A stretch of 64,000 nucleotides of DNA from Methanothermococcus sp. SCGC AD-155-E23 (GTDB lineage Archaea; AGJL01; Methanococci; Methanococcales; Methanococcaceae): NCBI GenBank assembly GCA_019561615.1, contig JAHEQA010000036.1, positions 1 through 64,000 on the forward strand, in the 5' to 3' direction. Position 1 is the first letter of the stretch. Each line of letters begins with the position of its first letter. Shown piece after piece: positions 50,223-61,421 of this stretch. The notes beneath the pieces are model-generated. The model was not told where the DNA came from. It searched no databases and worked only from the letters and a program-made list of their open reading frames with translations. Made by a program: the position numbers and the translations under genes.

Positions 50223-51572
50223 ATGGATCTACTTGAAAAGGCCCTTGAATACATAAAAACTAACGACGTTAAGTTTATAAGGTTCCAGTTTGTGGACATC
50301 CTAGGTGCCCCCAAGAACGTGGCCTATCCTGTAAAGGCTGGGGAGAAGGGTCTTGAGGAGTTAAGGGAGATATTTACAGAGGGTGTATACTTCGACGGTT
50401 CCTCAATTAAAGGTTTCGTTCCAATAGAGCACTCAGATATGCTGTTAAAACCTGATCTATCTACACTCTCTGTTCTACCCTGGAGACCTACAGAGAAGTC
50501 TGTTGCAAGGGTTATCTGTGACGTCTATACACCAGAGGGGAAACCCTTTGAGGGAGATCCAAGGGGTTGCCTCAAGAGGATATTGAACCAGTTGAAGGAG
50601 GATCTAAATGGGGAGTACTTCGTAGGTCCTGAACCAGAGTTCTTCCTGGTAAAACCTGATCCCCACAACCCACATAGGATGATCCCTGCAGACATTGGAG
50701 GATACTTCGATATGGAGCCCCTGGACGAGGCCCCAGATATTAGAAGGGATATAGTACTAGCCCTTGAGAACCTAGGCTTCCACGTAGAGGCCTCCCACCA
50801 CGAGGTAGCCCCTGGACAACATGAGGTAGATTTCAAGTTTGACAACGCCCTGAAAACTGCAGACAGTGTAATTACCTTTAAAACCACTGTAAAGATGATT
50901 GCAAAGAAACATGGGTTGATAGCAACCTTCATGCCAAAACCCTTCTACGGTATGAACGGTAACGGTATGCACTGCCACCAGAGTCTATGGTTAGATGGGA
51001 AGCCCTCCTTCTACGATGAAAATGGGCCATATCAGTTAAGTGAAACCTGTTTAAGTTATATAGCAGGTATCCTGGAGCATGCCAGGGCCATAGTTGCAGT
51101 AACAAACCCAACAGTTAACTCCTACAAGAGGTTGGTCCCAGGTTACGAGGCCCCTGTAAACATAGCCTGGGCAAACAAGAACAGAAGTGCCATAATAAGG
51201 GTACCTGCCATAAGGGGTAAAGGTACAAGGATCGAGTTCAGGGCACCAGATCCATCCTGTAACCCATACCTGGCATTTACAGTGATGCTGGCAGCTGGTC
51301 TAGATGGAATAAAGAAGAAGTTAACACCACCAGAGCCTGTGGAGAGGAATATATTCAAGATGAGTGAGAAGGAGAAGAAGGAGTTAGGTATTGAGGCTGT
51401 ACCCTCTAACTTAAAGGAGGCACTTGACGAGCTGGAAAATGATACAGTGCTGAAGAAGGCACTGGGAGACCACATATACGAGAACTTCATGGAGATTAAA
51501 ACTGCCGAGTGGGACAGTTTCAGAACTGCAGTTACAGACTGGGAGACAAAGATGTACCTTGGAATACTCTAA
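50223..51572 (+). CDS. glnA: glutamine synthetase type I
   Basis: FDGSSI, GPEPEFF, HHEVAPGQHE, FMPKP---NGNGMHCH, NSYKRLVPGYEAP, NRSA and IEFRAPD. Confidence 0.97.
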   Translation: MDLLEKALEYIKTNDVKFIRFQFVDILGAPKNVAYPVKAGEKGLEELREIFTEGVYFDGSSIKGFVPIEHSDMLLKPDLSTLSVLPWRPTEKSVARVICDVYTPEGKPFEGDPRGCLKRILNQLKEDLNGEYFVGPEPEFFLVKPDPHNPHRMIPADIGGYFDMEPLDEAPDIRRDIVLALENLGFHVEASHHEVAPGQHEVDFKFDNALKTADSVITFKTTVKMIAKKHGLIATFMPKPFYGMNGNGMHCHQSLWLDGKPSFYDENGPYQLSETCLSYIAGILEHARAIVAVTNPTVNSYKRLVPGYEAPVNIAWANKNRSAIIRVPAIRGKGTRIEFRAPDPSCNPYLAFTVMLAAGLDGIKKKLTPPEPVERNIFKMSEKEKKELGIEAVPSNLKEALDELENDTVLKKALGDHIYENFMEIKTAEWDSFRTAVTDWETKMYLGIL

Positions 51573-51575
51573 TTA

Positions 51576-51623
51576 CTTTTTTATTTTTTTAATTTTAATT
51601 TTCACACTTTTTTACTAATTTTT
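51576..51623 (+). terminator. oligo-T terminator region after glnA
   Basis: Several T5-T7 runs directly after the stop codon. Confidence 0.5.
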
Positions 51624-51634
51624 AAGGTGGAAAG

Positions 51635-52162
51635 TTGAGGGGGTATATCGTTGACAACTTAGCTGGTATATTCCCCCGTGAGAAAAGTGTTTTAGACCTT
51701 TTCAAGGAGAGGATCAACAGGGCTATTGAGAAAGATCAGGAGATCTCCTTTAAAATCGCTGTTGGATTTTTCTTTTTTGAGGGTTTTCAGAAGTTATATC
51801 CAGAACTTAAAAAGTTATATGAGAGAGGACTTCTTAAGGAGTTTAAACTTGTAATGGGGCCAGAAACTAGAAGGACTACCAAGGAAGTTTTGGAGGCCTT
51901 GAAAAGTGATGGAGCAGTGCTTAACAGTGAGGCCTTTAACTTTCTAAGGGAGTTGTACAACAGTGGGAGGTTTGACTTCAGAGTGTTCCTAGATAGAAAC
52001 TTCCATATAAAATTATACCTCTTTGAGATTGGAGATGAAATAGAGATATGGGCAGGTTCTGCAAATTTAACTAGAGGTGGGTTGGAGAGAAATATCGAGT
52101 TGATAGTCCCTGTATCTGCATTAACCTTTGAGGATAGGGATCTCTATAGGGAGTTTTTTTGA
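51635..52162 (+). CDS. PLD/HKD nuclease domain; 5' part of a frameshifted PLD-helicase gene
   Basis: AVGFFFFEGF, FHIKLYLFE (HxK) and WAGSANLT-GGL--N-E. Ends at TTT TTT TGA within a T7 run. Confidence 0.82.
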   Translation: MRGYIVDNLAGIFPREKSVLDLFKERINRAIEKDQEISFKIAVGFFFFEGFQKLYPELKKLYERGLLKEFKLVMGPETRRTTKEVLEALKSDGAVLNSEAFNFLRELYNSGRFDFRVFLDRNFHIKLYLFEIGDEIEIWAGSANLTRGGLERNIELIVPVSALTFEDRDLYREFF

Positions 52163-54644
52163 GGAGATATGGAAGAGATCCACAGATAGAGTGGAGGATT
52201 TAGAGGTAATAGATGTAATTGGAAAGGCCTCCACCTCTGAGGCTATCTACCTACATCCAAGGGATTTTATAGCAAACCTAATAAGGATCCTCAATAAAGG
52301 CTACCTTGTTAAGAATATAAGTGCAGACCTCTCCTATCTGGCAGAGTTTCAGTATATGAGTTACTACCTCTGTATAGACAAGTTAAATAGATACGGTGGA
52401 TGTATCCTGGCCAACTCCTTTGGCTTAGGTAAAACTGACGTTGGGTGTATGGTAGCAAAGTACTACAAGGAGTTGGGTAAGAGGGTTTTGATTATCCATC
52501 CTCCAGTATTAAGGGAGCACTGGAAGAAAACCCTGGAGAAGGTTGGACTAAAAGAGGGGGATGTTGAACTACTGTCAAGGGGTAAACTTCAGAAGGGGGA
52601 TTTCGACTACGAGAGATATACAGGTGTTGATCTAATTGTGGTAGATGAGGCCCACCACTTCAGGGTTTCAAGACCAAAGTCCAATAGAAGGGGGAACTTA
52701 GAAAACATAGTAAAGGTCAACCCAGAGTCCCATGTACTTCTCATCACCGCCACACCGATAAATATCTCCCTTCTCGATTTCATAGATCTAGTAAAACTTT
52801 TTGTTAAGGGGAGATACAAGGAGAGGTTTGAATCGGAAGGTATCCTTGCCAAAATGAAGGAGGTGGAAAGGGATATTAAAAAAGGAAGTATAACCCAGGA
52901 GACCATTAAGAAGTTAAATGAATTGATAAAGGTGTTTTCCGTAAGGATAGAGTGGCCAGACCTCCCACTTTACTTCAAGGAGGATCTTAAAAAAATTGCA
53001 GGTGTCGAGGATATAGAGGAGCCAGATGTAGTCCCTGTTAACTACAGGTACGACGAGGAAATTGCAAGTAAGATCTTCGATGAAGTTATACCCTTTCTAA
53101 GCCAGGTTAACTATGAGTATACGAAGCTGTGGGAGGGAGTATATAGGGAGGACAAGAACCTGATATGGTGGTATAAGTGGAGACTTTACAAGAGGCTTGA
53201 AAGTAGTATAATGGCATTTAAGGTAAGCTTGGAAAATTTTTACAGGAGAAATAGATTCCTTCTGGCATTCCTCAGGAAGGTTGCTGTTAATCCGGGATAC
53301 TGGGAAGACACCACATTATTCAGCAAGAGTAGGCTGGAGAATATAAAAAATACATTTCTCTCCCTTCCAGATTCAAAGAGGGAAGAAGTCCTGAAGAGGA
53401 TTGAGGAGGATATAGATACCAGTAGGAGGATGTTAGACAGTATTGAGGGTATTGAAAATCTTGAGGAGAGAGATGAGAAGATAAATAAACTCCTTGAGAT
53501 CCTTGAAAGGGAGAAGAAGCCAACGATTGTATTCTCTGAGTCAAAGGATACAGTGATCTACATAGGGAAGAGACTTGAAAGGCATGGGAAGTTTAAGTTC
53601 AAAGTTATCTACGGTGGAGAGGATTCCTCCAATAAGAAAGAAAGGGTAGAGAGGGAGTTTAACGAGGGTAAATTTGACATCCTCGTTACTACAGACGTGT
53701 TAAGTGAAGGTGTCAATCTACCTAGGGCCGATGTAGTTATAAATTTCGACCTCCCTTACAACCCTGTCCGACTTATCCAAAGGGCTGGAAGGGCTATAAG
53801 GATAAACAACCCTAAGAAGATTACAATATACAACTTTGTACCTGATGAAAGGATTGATAAGGAGTTGGAACTCTGTGAGAGACTTGCCGAAAGGATAGAG
53901 ATTATAATCTCAACTATTGGTCTGGACTTCCTTATCTGGGCTATGGAGAGAGGTAAGTTAGAAGAGATATCTGAAAAGAATAGAAGGAGAACTGTGGAGC
54001 TGATAAGGGAGTACAAGTGTATGCTGGCAAGTAAGGACCCTCTAGAACTTGGTATGAGATTACCTCCTACACTCTCAAAGGAGGACAGGGCACTGAGAGA
54101 TTTTATAAAGTTCTGGAACATCTCGGAGGAAACTGTTGAATCCCGGGCCAGGACATATGGAAAACCCATATTCACCTCCCTGAAGAGGGTGGGGAGGGAG
54201 AGATACTTTGTTGTTTTTAAGTATAGAGGATCCATCTATACCCTGGGTGATTTGACCTTTTCTGATAAGGTGGCGGAGGGGAAAATAAGTAGGGAGGAGT
54301 TGGAGGAGATAAAGAGTTTAGTAGCGGAAAAGTGTTTAGAGATGGACAGGGAGTTTCTGAAGATAAGTTATAGAGATAGGGACAGGATCACCAGGGAGAT
54401 AGAGAGGATACTAGAGGGAATGGAGAGGTTGAAGAAGATATTTAGAGATGTTGATATATCCACCCTCCCAAGGAGGGAGAAGGAGGACATTTTAAAAGCC
54501 CTGAAAAAGATTGAGAAAACTCCACCTTGGAGGAGGGAGGGGGAGATAAGGAAGTTAGAGAGTAAAGTAGAGCAGTTAAAGAGTAGAGGACATCAAAGAG
54601 TTCTAGATGAACCTGAGATTTTGGCCATACTGAAATACACATAA
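52128..54644 (+). CDS. SF2 (SNF2-like) helicase; 3' part of the frameshifted PLD-helicase gene (fused length 1002 aa)
   Basis: Motif I ILANSFGLGKT, II DEAHH, III TATP, KRLESS, V TDVLSEGVNL, FDLPYNP and VI QRAGRAIR. No convincing RBS or start of its own. Confidence 0.85.
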   Translation: MRIGISIGSFFEEIWKRSTDRVEDLEVIDVIGKASTSEAIYLHPRDFIANLIRILNKGYLVKNISADLSYLAEFQYMSYYLCIDKLNRYGGCILANSFGLGKTDVGCMVAKYYKELGKRVLIIHPPVLREHWKKTLEKVGLKEGDVELLSRGKLQKGDFDYERYTGVDLIVVDEAHHFRVSRPKSNRRGNLENIVKVNPESHVLLITATPINISLLDFIDLVKLFVKGRYKERFESEGILAKMKEVERDIKKGSITQETIKKLNELIKVFSVRIEWPDLPLYFKEDLKKIAGVEDIEEPDVVPVNYRYDEEIASKIFDEVIPFLSQVNYEYTKLWEGVYREDKNLIWWYKWRLYKRLESSIMAFKVSLENFYRRNRFLLAFLRKVAVNPGYWEDTTLFSKSRLENIKNTFLSLPDSKREEVLKRIEEDIDTSRRMLDSIEGIENLEERDEKINKLLEILEREKKPTIVFSESKDTVIYIGKRLERHGKFKFKVIYGGEDSSNKKERVEREFNEGKFDILVTTDVLSEGVNLPRADVVINFDLPYNPVRLIQRAGRAIRINNPKKITIYNFVPDERIDKELELCERLAERIEIIISTIGLDFLIWAMERGKLEEISEKNRRRTVELIREYKCMLASKDPLELGMRLPPTLSKEDRALRDFIKFWNISEETVESRARTYGKPIFTSLKRVGRERYFVVFKYRGSIYTLGDLTFSDKVAEGKISREELEEIKSLVAEKCLEMDREFLKISYRDRDRITREIERILEGMERLKKIFRDVDISTLPRREKEDILKALKKIEKTPPWRREGEIRKLESKVEQLKSRGHQRVLDEPEILAILKYT

Positions 54645-54654
54645 GGGTGATAAT

Positions 54655-57600
54655 TTGGTAAAGTATAACCTGGATTATTTGAAGAGAAAGGGATTCTTTA
54701 AAAGGGCCATCCCGCTGGAGGATGTTGAGGGGGTGCTAGTTGACCAGGAGAATATGCTGGCCTATGTGGAGGTTTCCTCCAGGGAGGAGGTTGAGAGGAT
54801 AAGGAAGAAGTTACTACCCTTAAAGGTTAACTATATCTGGTTTTACTTTCCATCTACAGGGAAGTTAAAAGTCTTTAGAAGGATAGGTGAGATTAAGTGG
54901 TTCTACTACTCGCCCAACATGAGGAAAGACTACAGGAAAAGTAGAGAGGATAAGCTAAGGAAATTCTCCCCTGACAACATGAATATCCTCTTTGATATCA
55001 GGGATATTGTAGAGAAGTTCTACTGGGAGTTGTGGGAGCATAGGATCCTAATGGCCAAAAGTATAAGGGAGTTGAAGGAGGATAGAAACAAACTTCTCGT
55101 TGTTCAACGTTTTATCGACAGACTTATCTTCTTCTACTTCCTGGCCCAGTTGAAGCTTATAAAGATAAAGAGCGGGGGGATGGAGTGGGTCCTAGACAGG
55201 AGGAATACAAGGGAGTTCTTCCAGTGGATCTGTAATCAACTTAATGATAAGGAGCTACAGGATTTTCTCAACAGGATATTTTTCGACGTTCTAGGAAAGA
55301 CTAACGAGAGGGGTTTTATCTCAGAGGAGTTTGAGGTTGGAGGGGAGAGGTTCTCCATCCTTTCACCCTGTTTAAATGGAGGGTTGTTCATCGAGGAGAA
55401 GTTTGAAGGTATCCCAGAGAGAAAGATCAGAATCTCTGGGATAAAAGAGTTGATCCTCAATGTCCTTAACAACTACAACTGGATAATTGGAGAGGAGCTT
55501 CCAGAGGAGGAGGATGTTGTTGGAGATTTAACACCTGAGGTTATTGGACATATCTACGAGAAGTTTGTAGTCTCCCTGGAACAGATAGGACTGGGAAAGA
55601 TAAAGTTGGAGGATATTCAGACTGTGAGGAGAGAGCTAAGATATGGTAGGAAGAAAATAGGCGCCTACTACACCCCTGAGGAGATCACCAACTACATCTC
55701 CATGAATACCATCTACCCCTATATCAGAGACAAATTAGGGGAGAGGTTTGGTAGTAAAGGGGAGGCCCTATTTGACAACCTCTTTAATAAGGAGGATTTT
55801 AGCAGGGAGGAACTGGAGATATTAAAGTACCTCTACTTTGAAGTGTTAACAAAGTTAAGGATCTGTGATAACGCCTGTGGTTCAGGGAGTTTTTTAATCG
55901 CCGCCGGAGATATCCTACTTGGGCTGTACACTAGGGTTTTGAAAATTTTGGAGGAGCATCTAGGTGAAGATAGAGATGTTAAAAAGATTCTAGAAGAGAT
56001 GGAAAAATCTCCAACAAGGAATTACTACATAGTTAGGCAGATAATTATAAACAACCTCTACGGAGTAGACTTAATGGAGGGGGCAGTTGAGATCGCCAAG
56101 TTAAGGTTTTGGCTCTGGCTGATATCCCAGGTTGACCCTAAAAGTATTGAGGGTAAAAGGATTGAAACACTGCCAAATCTAGACTACAACTTAATGGTAG
56201 GTAACAGCCTCATTGGATATGTGGACATTGAGGATGTGGATTTGGACTTTATAGCTCATAAAACTTTAGACTCCTGGTTGGGAATTAGTAAGGTGGAATG
56301 GCTTAAAAACCTGGCTAAAAAGATAAGGGAGTTTAAGACCCTACCATCTCACGAGGCTGTAAAATTAAAGGAGAAATTAAATAGAGAGTTGGAGAAAGGG
56401 AGGGAGTTCTTAAATGAGAAGTTCTACAATATGTTGAAGGCTAAGGGGGTTAAGATCTCCAAGGAGGAGTTTTTAAATTTGAAACCCTTCCACTGGGGCT
56501 TTGAGTTCTATGAAGTTTTTGATTTGGAAAAACCTAAGGAGGAAAGGGGTTTTGATATTATAATAGGGAATCCACCTTATGTAAGACAGGAGAAAATCAA
56601 AGAGATTAAGCCAATTCTGTCATGTCTTTATGAAACTTTTGAAGGTAGAGCAGATATTTTTGTCTATTTCATCGAGAGATCTATTCAAACACTTCATAAC
56701 AACGGGTATTTTAGTTATATAGTATCCAACAAATGGTTAAGAGCCAAATATGCAAAGAAATTAAGAAAATTCTTAATAAACAATACCGTTATTAACCAAA
56801 TAGTTGATTTTAGAGGAGTGAAGGTATTTTCCGATCCGACGGTTGATGTATGTATTTTAGTCTGTAAGAAGTCTCCAGTAGCTGATAATTACAAGATATT
56901 TGTTGCCCAGCCTCATTCTGTAGAGGATCTGATAAATAACATAAAAAAGATTGGATTCTATTTGGATGTGAACACCCTAAAAGATGCTGAGATATGGAGT
57001 CTTTATAGGCCAGAAATTTTGGAAATAAAAGAGTGGATAGAGGATGTTGGAGTGCCTTTAAAGGATTTAGATGTTAAAATATACCGTGGTATAACTACTG
57101 GTTTTAATAAAGCGTTTATTATTGATGAAGAAACAAGGAAAAAATTAATTGAAGAAGACCCAAAAAGTGAGGAATTAATTAAACCTGTCCTTAGAGGAAG
57201 GGACATTGGAAGGTATTATGTGAAGTGGGACAGAAAATGGATAATTTGTACCTTTCCAGCATTAAAAATAGATATAGAAAAATACCCTGCTATTAAAGAA
57301 TATTTAAGTAGCTTTGGAGAGAGGTTACTTCAAGATGGAAAACCTGGTCATAGAAAAAAAACATCTAATAAGTGGTTTGAAACCCAAGACCAGATAGCCT
57401 ATTATCCAGAATTTAAAAAACCTAAAATAATATGGCAGGAAATTGTTAGAAAGCCAGGTTTTTATTTTGATAATGGGTATTTCTACCAAGAGGCTACATG
57501 CTTTTTAATGACAGGAAAAGATGTAAATAAAAATTTATTGCTACTATTGAATTCTAAACCTTTGGGGTTTATATTTAAAGCTTTTTATAGTGGAGGAGGT

Positions 57601-58107
57601 CTAGGAGATAAAACCTATAGGTACAAGAAGTATTATTTAGAAAAATTGCCTATCCGACTCCCACCAACCCAACAACCCTTCATCACCCTAGCCAATTACA
57701 TGCTCTTCCTAAATGCAACAGAGGAGAGAAGAAAGAAAGAGAGGGAACTTATAGAGTTTATAGATAGGGAAATAATCGACTCCCTAGTCTATGAGCTATA
57801 CTTCAAAGAAAAATTCCATGAGGATAAATTATATCCAGAACCAAAGGAGTACCTTCTATATTCCATCTCCAAATACTTAAAACCCATTGACTACGATCTC
57901 TGGGCTGAGCTCTACTGGAAAAAGGAGTTAGAAGGAGAATTAGATAAAGAGGAAGAAAATAAGATGAAAGAACTGGAAGAGAAGAATCTAGAGACAATCA
58001 GGGAAGTTGTTGAAAATATCAAAAAAGACAGGGAGATCTTAAGGCAGATAGATAGGATAAAATCCCACCCCTGGGTTAAAACTGTTGAGGAAGAGGATTC
58101 CAGTTAA
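54655..58107 (+). CDS. Eco57I-like (type IIG-class) N6-adenine DNA methyltransferase with C-terminal target recognition domain (TRD)
   Basis: LNGGLF, IGHIYE, GAYYTP, DNACGSGSFL (motif I), LYGVD, LPNL--N---GNSL, GFDIIIGNPPYV (motif IV) and a TaqI-C-like KPVLRGRDI-RY...KPKIIW region. TTG start after GGGTGAT. Confidence 0.9.
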   Translation: MVKYNLDYLKRKGFFKRAIPLEDVEGVLVDQENMLAYVEVSSREEVERIRKKLLPLKVNYIWFYFPSTGKLKVFRRIGEIKWFYYSPNMRKDYRKSREDKLRKFSPDNMNILFDIRDIVEKFYWELWEHRILMAKSIRELKEDRNKLLVVQRFIDRLIFFYFLAQLKLIKIKSGGMEWVLDRRNTREFFQWICNQLNDKELQDFLNRIFFDVLGKTNERGFISEEFEVGGERFSILSPCLNGGLFIEEKFEGIPERKIRISGIKELILNVLNNYNWIIGEELPEEEDVVGDLTPEVIGHIYEKFVVSLEQIGLGKIKLEDIQTVRRELRYGRKKIGAYYTPEEITNYISMNTIYPYIRDKLGERFGSKGEALFDNLFNKEDFSREELEILKYLYFEVLTKLRICDNACGSGSFLIAAGDILLGLYTRVLKILEEHLGEDRDVKKILEEMEKSPTRNYYIVRQIIINNLYGVDLMEGAVEIAKLRFWLWLISQVDPKSIEGKRIETLPNLDYNLMVGNSLIGYVDIEDVDLDFIAHKTLDSWLGISKVEWLKNLAKKIREFKTLPSHEAVKLKEKLNRELEKGREFLNEKFYNMLKAKGVKISKEEFLNLKPFHWGFEFYEVFDLEKPKEERGFDIIIGNPPYVRQEKIKEIKPILSCLYETFEGRADIFVYFIERSIQTLHNNGYFSYIVSNKWLRAKYAKKLRKFLINNTVINQIVDFRGVKVFSDPTVDVCILVCKKSPVADNYKIFVAQPHSVEDLINNIKKIGFYLDVNTLKDAEIWSLYRPEILEIKEWIEDVGVPLKDLDVKIYRGITTGFNKAFIIDEETRKKLIEEDPKSEELIKPVLRGRDIGRYYVKWDRKWIICTFPALKIDIEKYPAIKEYLSSFGERLLQDGKPGHRKKTSNKWFETQDQIAYYPEFKKPKIIWQEIVRKPGFYFDNGYFYQEATCFLMTGKDVNKNLLLLLNSKPLGFIFKAFYSGGGLGDKTYRYKKYYLEKLPIRLPPTQQPFITLANYMLFLNATEERRKKERELIEFIDREIIDSLVYELYFKEKFHEDKLYPEPKEYLLYSISKYLKPIDYDLWAELYWKKELEGELDKEEENKMKELEEKNLETIREVVENIKKDREILRQIDRIKSHPWVKTVEEEDSS

Positions 58108-58442
58108 ATATTAAATTTTTTAAGTAACTCCTCTGCAATGTCTCCAAAGATTGGGAACTTATATCTCTCACCCTGATACGCTTTACAGATACCTAGTATC
58201 CACAGGGCTATTTCTATAAGGGTTATCATTAAAGTTATTGGGCCCCCAATAAATGGTATATGTACCGTTACTACTTTTACTATCCTTAAAGTTAGGAAGG
58301 TCACAATAGATTGCATTGCATGAAATTTAATAAAGTCATTTTCCCTCTCCAACACTAGAAACAAGATACCAGTAATCTCTTCTAGTAAATAGCAGAGTAC
58401 ACCTTCAATATTTTCTTCTAGGCCAAGTCTAGTTTTTGACAT
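58104..58442 (-). CDS. DUF4870-family small membrane protein
   Basis: GLEENIEGVLCYLL, F-KFHAMQS and KAYQGE-YKFPIFG. Confidence 0.82.
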   Translation of the reverse strand: MSKTRLGLEENIEGVLCYLLEEITGILFLVLERENDFIKFHAMQSIVTFLTLRIVKVVTVHIPFIGGPITLMITLIEIALWILGICKAYQGERYKFPIFGDIAEELLKKFNI

Positions 58443-58511
58443 TAAAGACACCTCTATTTTTTAATTTTAAATATCATTAAGGTAATAGTTCTATAAAAAA
58501 CCTCGATCCCT

Positions 58512-60368
<1,857 letters not shown>

Positions 60369-60371
60369 AAC

Positions 60372-61400
60372 TTACTCCCCTCCAAAGAATTGATCCTTCC
60401 TAGATCTCAGGAGATATATAAGGTAGGGTGTTCCCAGGAGGGAGGTTACAATACCCAGTGGGATCTCTCCAGTGGTGAGAGTCCTTGCAATGGTGTCACA
60501 GAGTATGAGAAAGATACCACCCATAATTGCAGAGAGGGGGATGAGGAACCTGTGATCAGGACCTATAATAAGACGGGCTGCATGGGGAATCATCAAACCT
60601 ACCCAGCCTATAATCCCTGCAACTGAAACGGAGATAGAGGTTATAAAGGTGGCCACTGTAATCAGTAAAATCTTAAGTCTTTCAGTATTTATTCCAAGGG
60701 ACCTGGCCTCCTCCTCTCCCAGGGAGAGTATATTCAACTTCCAGGAGTAGGCCATAAGTAGAAGAATTCCCAGGGGTATGGAGAAGGCAAGGATCTGGAG
60801 ATGGGACCAGTCAATATGGTACAATCCTCCCATCAACCAAAATACTATGGCCTTTAACTGGGCCTCGGTAGCTATATACTGAAATATTGAGACTAGGGCG
60901 TCAAAGAAGGATCCCAGGACTACCCCTGCCAGCAGTAGGGTTACAAGAGGTGTTTTACCCCTTATCTTGGCTATGGAGTAGGCACAGAAAACTGCCACCA
61001 TTCCAAATATAAAGGCTGATAACTGTGCCGAGTAAGGGATTGGAAATACAATAGACAGGGCAGCTCCAAAGGCAGCTCCTGAGGAGACCCCCAGTATAAA
61101 GGGACTTACAAGGGGATTTCTAAATACACCTTGATAGGCAGCTCCAGAAGTGGCCAGAGCCATACCTATAAGCATCCCTGCCAACACCCTAGGAATCCTT
61201 ATATCCCATACTATGGCGTTGTAGATCTCGGGAGGTACTTCCCCACCTAAGAGGTGATATCTTATAACGTTAAATACTTCAAAAAATGGGATCTCATAAA
61301 CCCCTACAGAGATGGAAAAGATTACAGTAGAAAATAGGAGGATCCCCGCAAAGATCACAGTGAAAATTTTATTCCTGTAGTTAAAATCCACTCTTTCCAT
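60372..61400 (-). CDS. FecCD/BtuC-family ABC permease
   Basis: RIPRV, QGVFRNPL-SP--LGVSSGAA, FWLMG, LGEEEARSLG, IGWVGL--PH-AR, D--ARTL and GEIPLG. Confidence 0.92.
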   Translation of the reverse strand: MERVDFNYRNKIFTVIFAGILLFSTVIFSISVGVYEIPFFEVFNVIRYHLLGGEVPPEIYNAIVWDIRIPRVLAGMLIGMALATSGAAYQGVFRNPLVSPFILGVSSGAAFGAALSIVFPIPYSAQLSAFIFGMVAVFCAYSIAKIRGKTPLVTLLLAGVVLGSFFDALVSIFQYIATEAQLKAIVFWLMGGLYHIDWSHLQILAFSIPLGILLLMAYSWKLNILSLGEEEARSLGINTERLKILLITVATFITSISVSVAGIIGWVGLMIPHAARLIIGPDHRFLIPLSAIMGGIFLILCDTIARTLTTGEIPLGIVTSLLGTPYLIYLLRSRKDQFFGGE

Positions 61401-61421
61401 AGATATCACCAAAAAAAGAAA

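Noticed and set aside
52160-52162. Selenocysteine readthrough of the PLD ORF UGA
   Set aside because: In-frame readthrough meets TAG within a few codons, the helicase is in the +1 frame, and I recognised no SECIS element.
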